IMG/VR virus record: IMGVR_UViG_3300045988_092202
Length of the DNA: 41,846 bases
Reading direction: 5' to 3' (one strand)
DNA from: a virus
In this document: positions 40,198 through 41,846 of the stretch, one piece after another
Position numbering within the stretch: the stretch's first letter is position 1
Layout of the letters: each line of letters begins with the position of its first letter
Translations under genes and position numbers: made by a program
The notes under the pieces: generated by a model
The model's database searches: none
Told to the model about the DNA's origin: nothing
The model's input: the letters and a program-made list of their open reading frames with translations, nothing else

Positions 40198-41345
40198 TTT
40201 GCCCCAAATGCAAAAAGGCCGCCCCGGACGAGGCGGCCTTCTGCCCATGGTGCGGCAAGCGGCTCACCGCCCAGGAGCGGAAGCACCGGAAGCGGGCAAA
40301 CGGAACCGGTACGATCTGCCGCCTTTCCGGAAACCGTGCAAAGCCCTGGATGGCTCGCAAAAACGATGTGCTCATCGGTACCTTCGAGACCCGCTCGGAG
40401 GCACTGAAAGCCTTGGAGCGGCTCACGGATACTCAAATAAACGAGCTTTACAACCTGACCTTTTCGGAGGTCTACGAAAGGTGGGTGCGGGAGCATGGCC
40501 GGGAGGTTTCCGAGAAGCTGCTGAAGAACTACGAGCTGGCCTATACCCAGTGTGAAGCCCTCCACGGCAAGAGAATGCGCTCCCTGCGCCGGTCTGACTA
40601 CCAGGCCGCCGTCATTGCCCTGGAAGAGCAGGGGCTTTCCAAGTCCTCCTGTAATAAGCTCAGGACGATGCTTCGCCAGGTCTGCGAGTATGCCCAGATG
40701 GAGGGCATTCTCCACAGCAACCCCGCCGATGACCTGACCACCGTAGCCCGCCAGAAATCCACACGGGAAATCTTCACAGAGGAAGACATTGCAAAAATCA
40801 AAGTCTCTTCCCTGCCTGCCGCCCAGCTTGCCCTTATCATGATTTCCTCCGGATGCCGCCCCGGCGAACTCTTCACCGTGCCCCTTGCCAACTGCGGCAA
40901 GGATCACATGATCTGGGGCAGTAAGACAGAGGCGGGAAAGAACCGGGTGATCCCCATCGGTTCCGATGGGGTGGAGGCCTACCAGACCCTCACCATTCTT
41001 TCCACAGTCAAGGGCGGCACGCTCCTTGTGGATGGATACGCCGGAAGCCGCAACACAGAGAATTTCCGGCGGCGGGACTGGGCGCAGCTCATGCGGGAAA
41101 TAGGCCGGGAAGGCATGACCCCCTACAGCTGCCGGCATACCTTCATAACCCGTGCAATCCGTGGCGGCATCGACCTGATTTCCCTGGAAGCCATCGTCGG
41201 ACATGTGGATAAAGAGACCACAAAGCTCTATACCCACCTCCGGGCAAGCGATCTTGTCACCGCCGTCAGAGATTCCACCGCAAAAAATGCGGTTAGTAAC
41301 AAATCTGCAACGCGGAAAAACAGCCAGATTTCAAAAGCCGTCTAA
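40194..41345 (+). CDS. int: Tyrosine integrase with an N-terminal zinc ribbon (383 aa)
   Basis: CPKC...CPWCG at the N-terminus. Catalytic-type motifs GCRPGEL, SCRHTFITR and ...TKLYTHL. The adjacent tRNA fragment supports the call. Confidence 0.92.
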   Translation: MICPKCKKAAPDEAAFCPWCGKRLTAQERKHRKRANGTGTICRLSGNRAKPWMARKNDVLIGTFETRSEALKALERLTDTQINELYNLTFSEVYERWVREHGREVSEKLLKNYELAYTQCEALHGKRMRSLRRSDYQAAVIALEEQGLSKSSCNKLRTMLRQVCEYAQMEGILHSNPADDLTTVARQKSTREIFTEEDIAKIKVSSLPAAQLALIMISSGCRPGELFTVPLANCGKDHMIWGSKTEAGKNRVIPIGSDGVEAYQTLTILSTVKGGTLLVDGYAGSRNTENFRRRDWAQLMREIGREGMTPYSCRHTFITRAIRGGIDLISLEAIVGHVDKETTKLYTHLRASDLVTAVRDSTAKNAVSNKSATRKNSQISKAV

Positions 41346-41365
41346 AAGTTCGGAAAACGCAGAAA

Positions 41366-41397
41366 AAAGCCCAGAAACTTTCGTTTCCGGGCTTTAT
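41366..41397 (+). terminator. Intrinsic terminator after int
   Basis: AAGCCCAGAAAC-TTTC-GTTTCCGGGCTT followed by TAT. Confidence 0.65.
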
Positions 41398-41400
41398 CCG

Positions 41401-41450
41401 TGGTACGCCAGAAGGGACTCGAACCCCCGACCTACTGATTCGTAGTCAGT
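41401..41450 (-). other. attP core: 3' 50 nt of a tRNA-Arg(ACG) gene, from the anticodon stem to CCA
   Basis: The reverse complement reads ACTGA-CTACGAA-TCAGT-AGGTC-GGGGG-TTCGAGT-CCCTT-CTGGCGT-A-CCA. No matching 5' half lies upstream. Confidence 0.8.
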
Positions 41451-41613
41451 TTACATGAAATTCGCGGTGATATTTGTTAGTATTTTTCAGTATATTCCAG
41501 CAAAACACCGCAGATATAGCGGTAAAATATTACGTTGTATCTACTTGTATTTTACCAGTTAGCAACAAATTAGCAACACTGTAAAATACAAAATAGTTGA
41601 AATTGATAAAGCA

Positions 41614-41846
41614 TCAACGTTTGTACATCCCATGAAGCACCTCGACGTTCTCCGCCCTCTCAATGTCCCGCTTGTGCAGGTACTCATAGACAGCCATCAT
41701 AGCCTCAGGCGGCTCGCCCTTCTGCTTGCGGTATTCCTCGATGTGAGAAACCACGGCCTTGTGCAGGGAGTTCATGTGGTTCATTTCCTCTCCGCTCAGC
41801 CTGTAAAACAGGTCTGCCAGCTCCGGGTCGTCGTGCTTGTATTCCA
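41614..41846 (-). CDS. C-terminal part of the junction-spanning ferritin-like gene (see 1-131)
   Basis: In frame with 56-131 across the circular junction. Stop TGA at 41614-41616. Confidence 0.7.
   Translation of the reverse strand, partial: EYKHDDPELADLFYRLSGEEMNHMNSLHKAVVSHIEEYRKQKGEPPEAMMAVYEYLHKRDIERAENVEVLHGMYKR
41792..41846. repeat. Terminal overlap copy 2 (identical to 1-55)
   Basis: Direct comparison. Confidence 0.9.

Overview
This window is a closed circular element. Nt 1-55 are identical to nt 41792-41846, so the unique length is about 41.8 kb. It reads as a complete temperate phage of a high-GC Firmicute/Clostridia-type host: strong GGAGG Shine-Dalgarno sites, a phi-LC3-type holin, a Spo0A_C-like protein and a Cys_rich_KTR protein.

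Almost all genes are on the minus strand. In transcription order:
- Early operon (36643 down to 26402): Xis-like HTH, Spo0A_C-like regulator, DUF1351 protein, RecT/Red-beta-like annealing protein, MBL hydrolase, replisome organizer, hexapeptide-repeat protein, PAPS-reductase-like protein, Lar, ASCH, DUF551, SSB, RusA.
- First virion block (26433 down to 16647): a 618-aa tail/nozzle-like protein, an adaptor-like protein, a coiled-coil protein and a 2071-aa polyvalent protein.
- Second late block (14261 down to 1088): terS, an ORF-free RNA-rich gap with tRNAs, Cys_rich_KTR, terL, scaffold, capsid, portal, fibre proteins, endolysin and holin.
- Three attP-proximal cargo genes, one of which spans the circular junction.

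No tail tube, sheath or chaperone-frameshift genes are visible, so the layout is podovirus-like.

Plus-strand genes form two islands:
- 14571-16643: an accessory island with RHH regulators and a J-domain protein.
- 37163-41345: the lysogeny module, with ORFan membrane proteins, an XRE repressor, a membrane-tethered HTH protein and a tyrosine integrase. It ends at an attP that carries the 3' part of a tRNA-Arg(ACG).

The most unusual things seen:
- A 262-bp element bounded by perfect 24-bp inverted repeats in the switch region.
- An approximately 0.9-kb non-protein-coding gap between terS and terL, holding tRNA-Ser, an aberrant tRNA-like gene, an unclassified folded spacer, an extreme AT-rich palindromic block and a structure-rich segment.
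- The RHH-controlled J-domain island.
- The polyvalent virion protein with a PBECR-like nuclease module.
- A roughly 24-unit 18-bp tandem array encoding a hexapeptide beta-helix.
- GTTAC iterons inside the replisome-organizer gene.
- An internally deleted methyltransferase-like mini-ORF.

All calls come from reading the sequence and ORF translations by eye. No database search was run.
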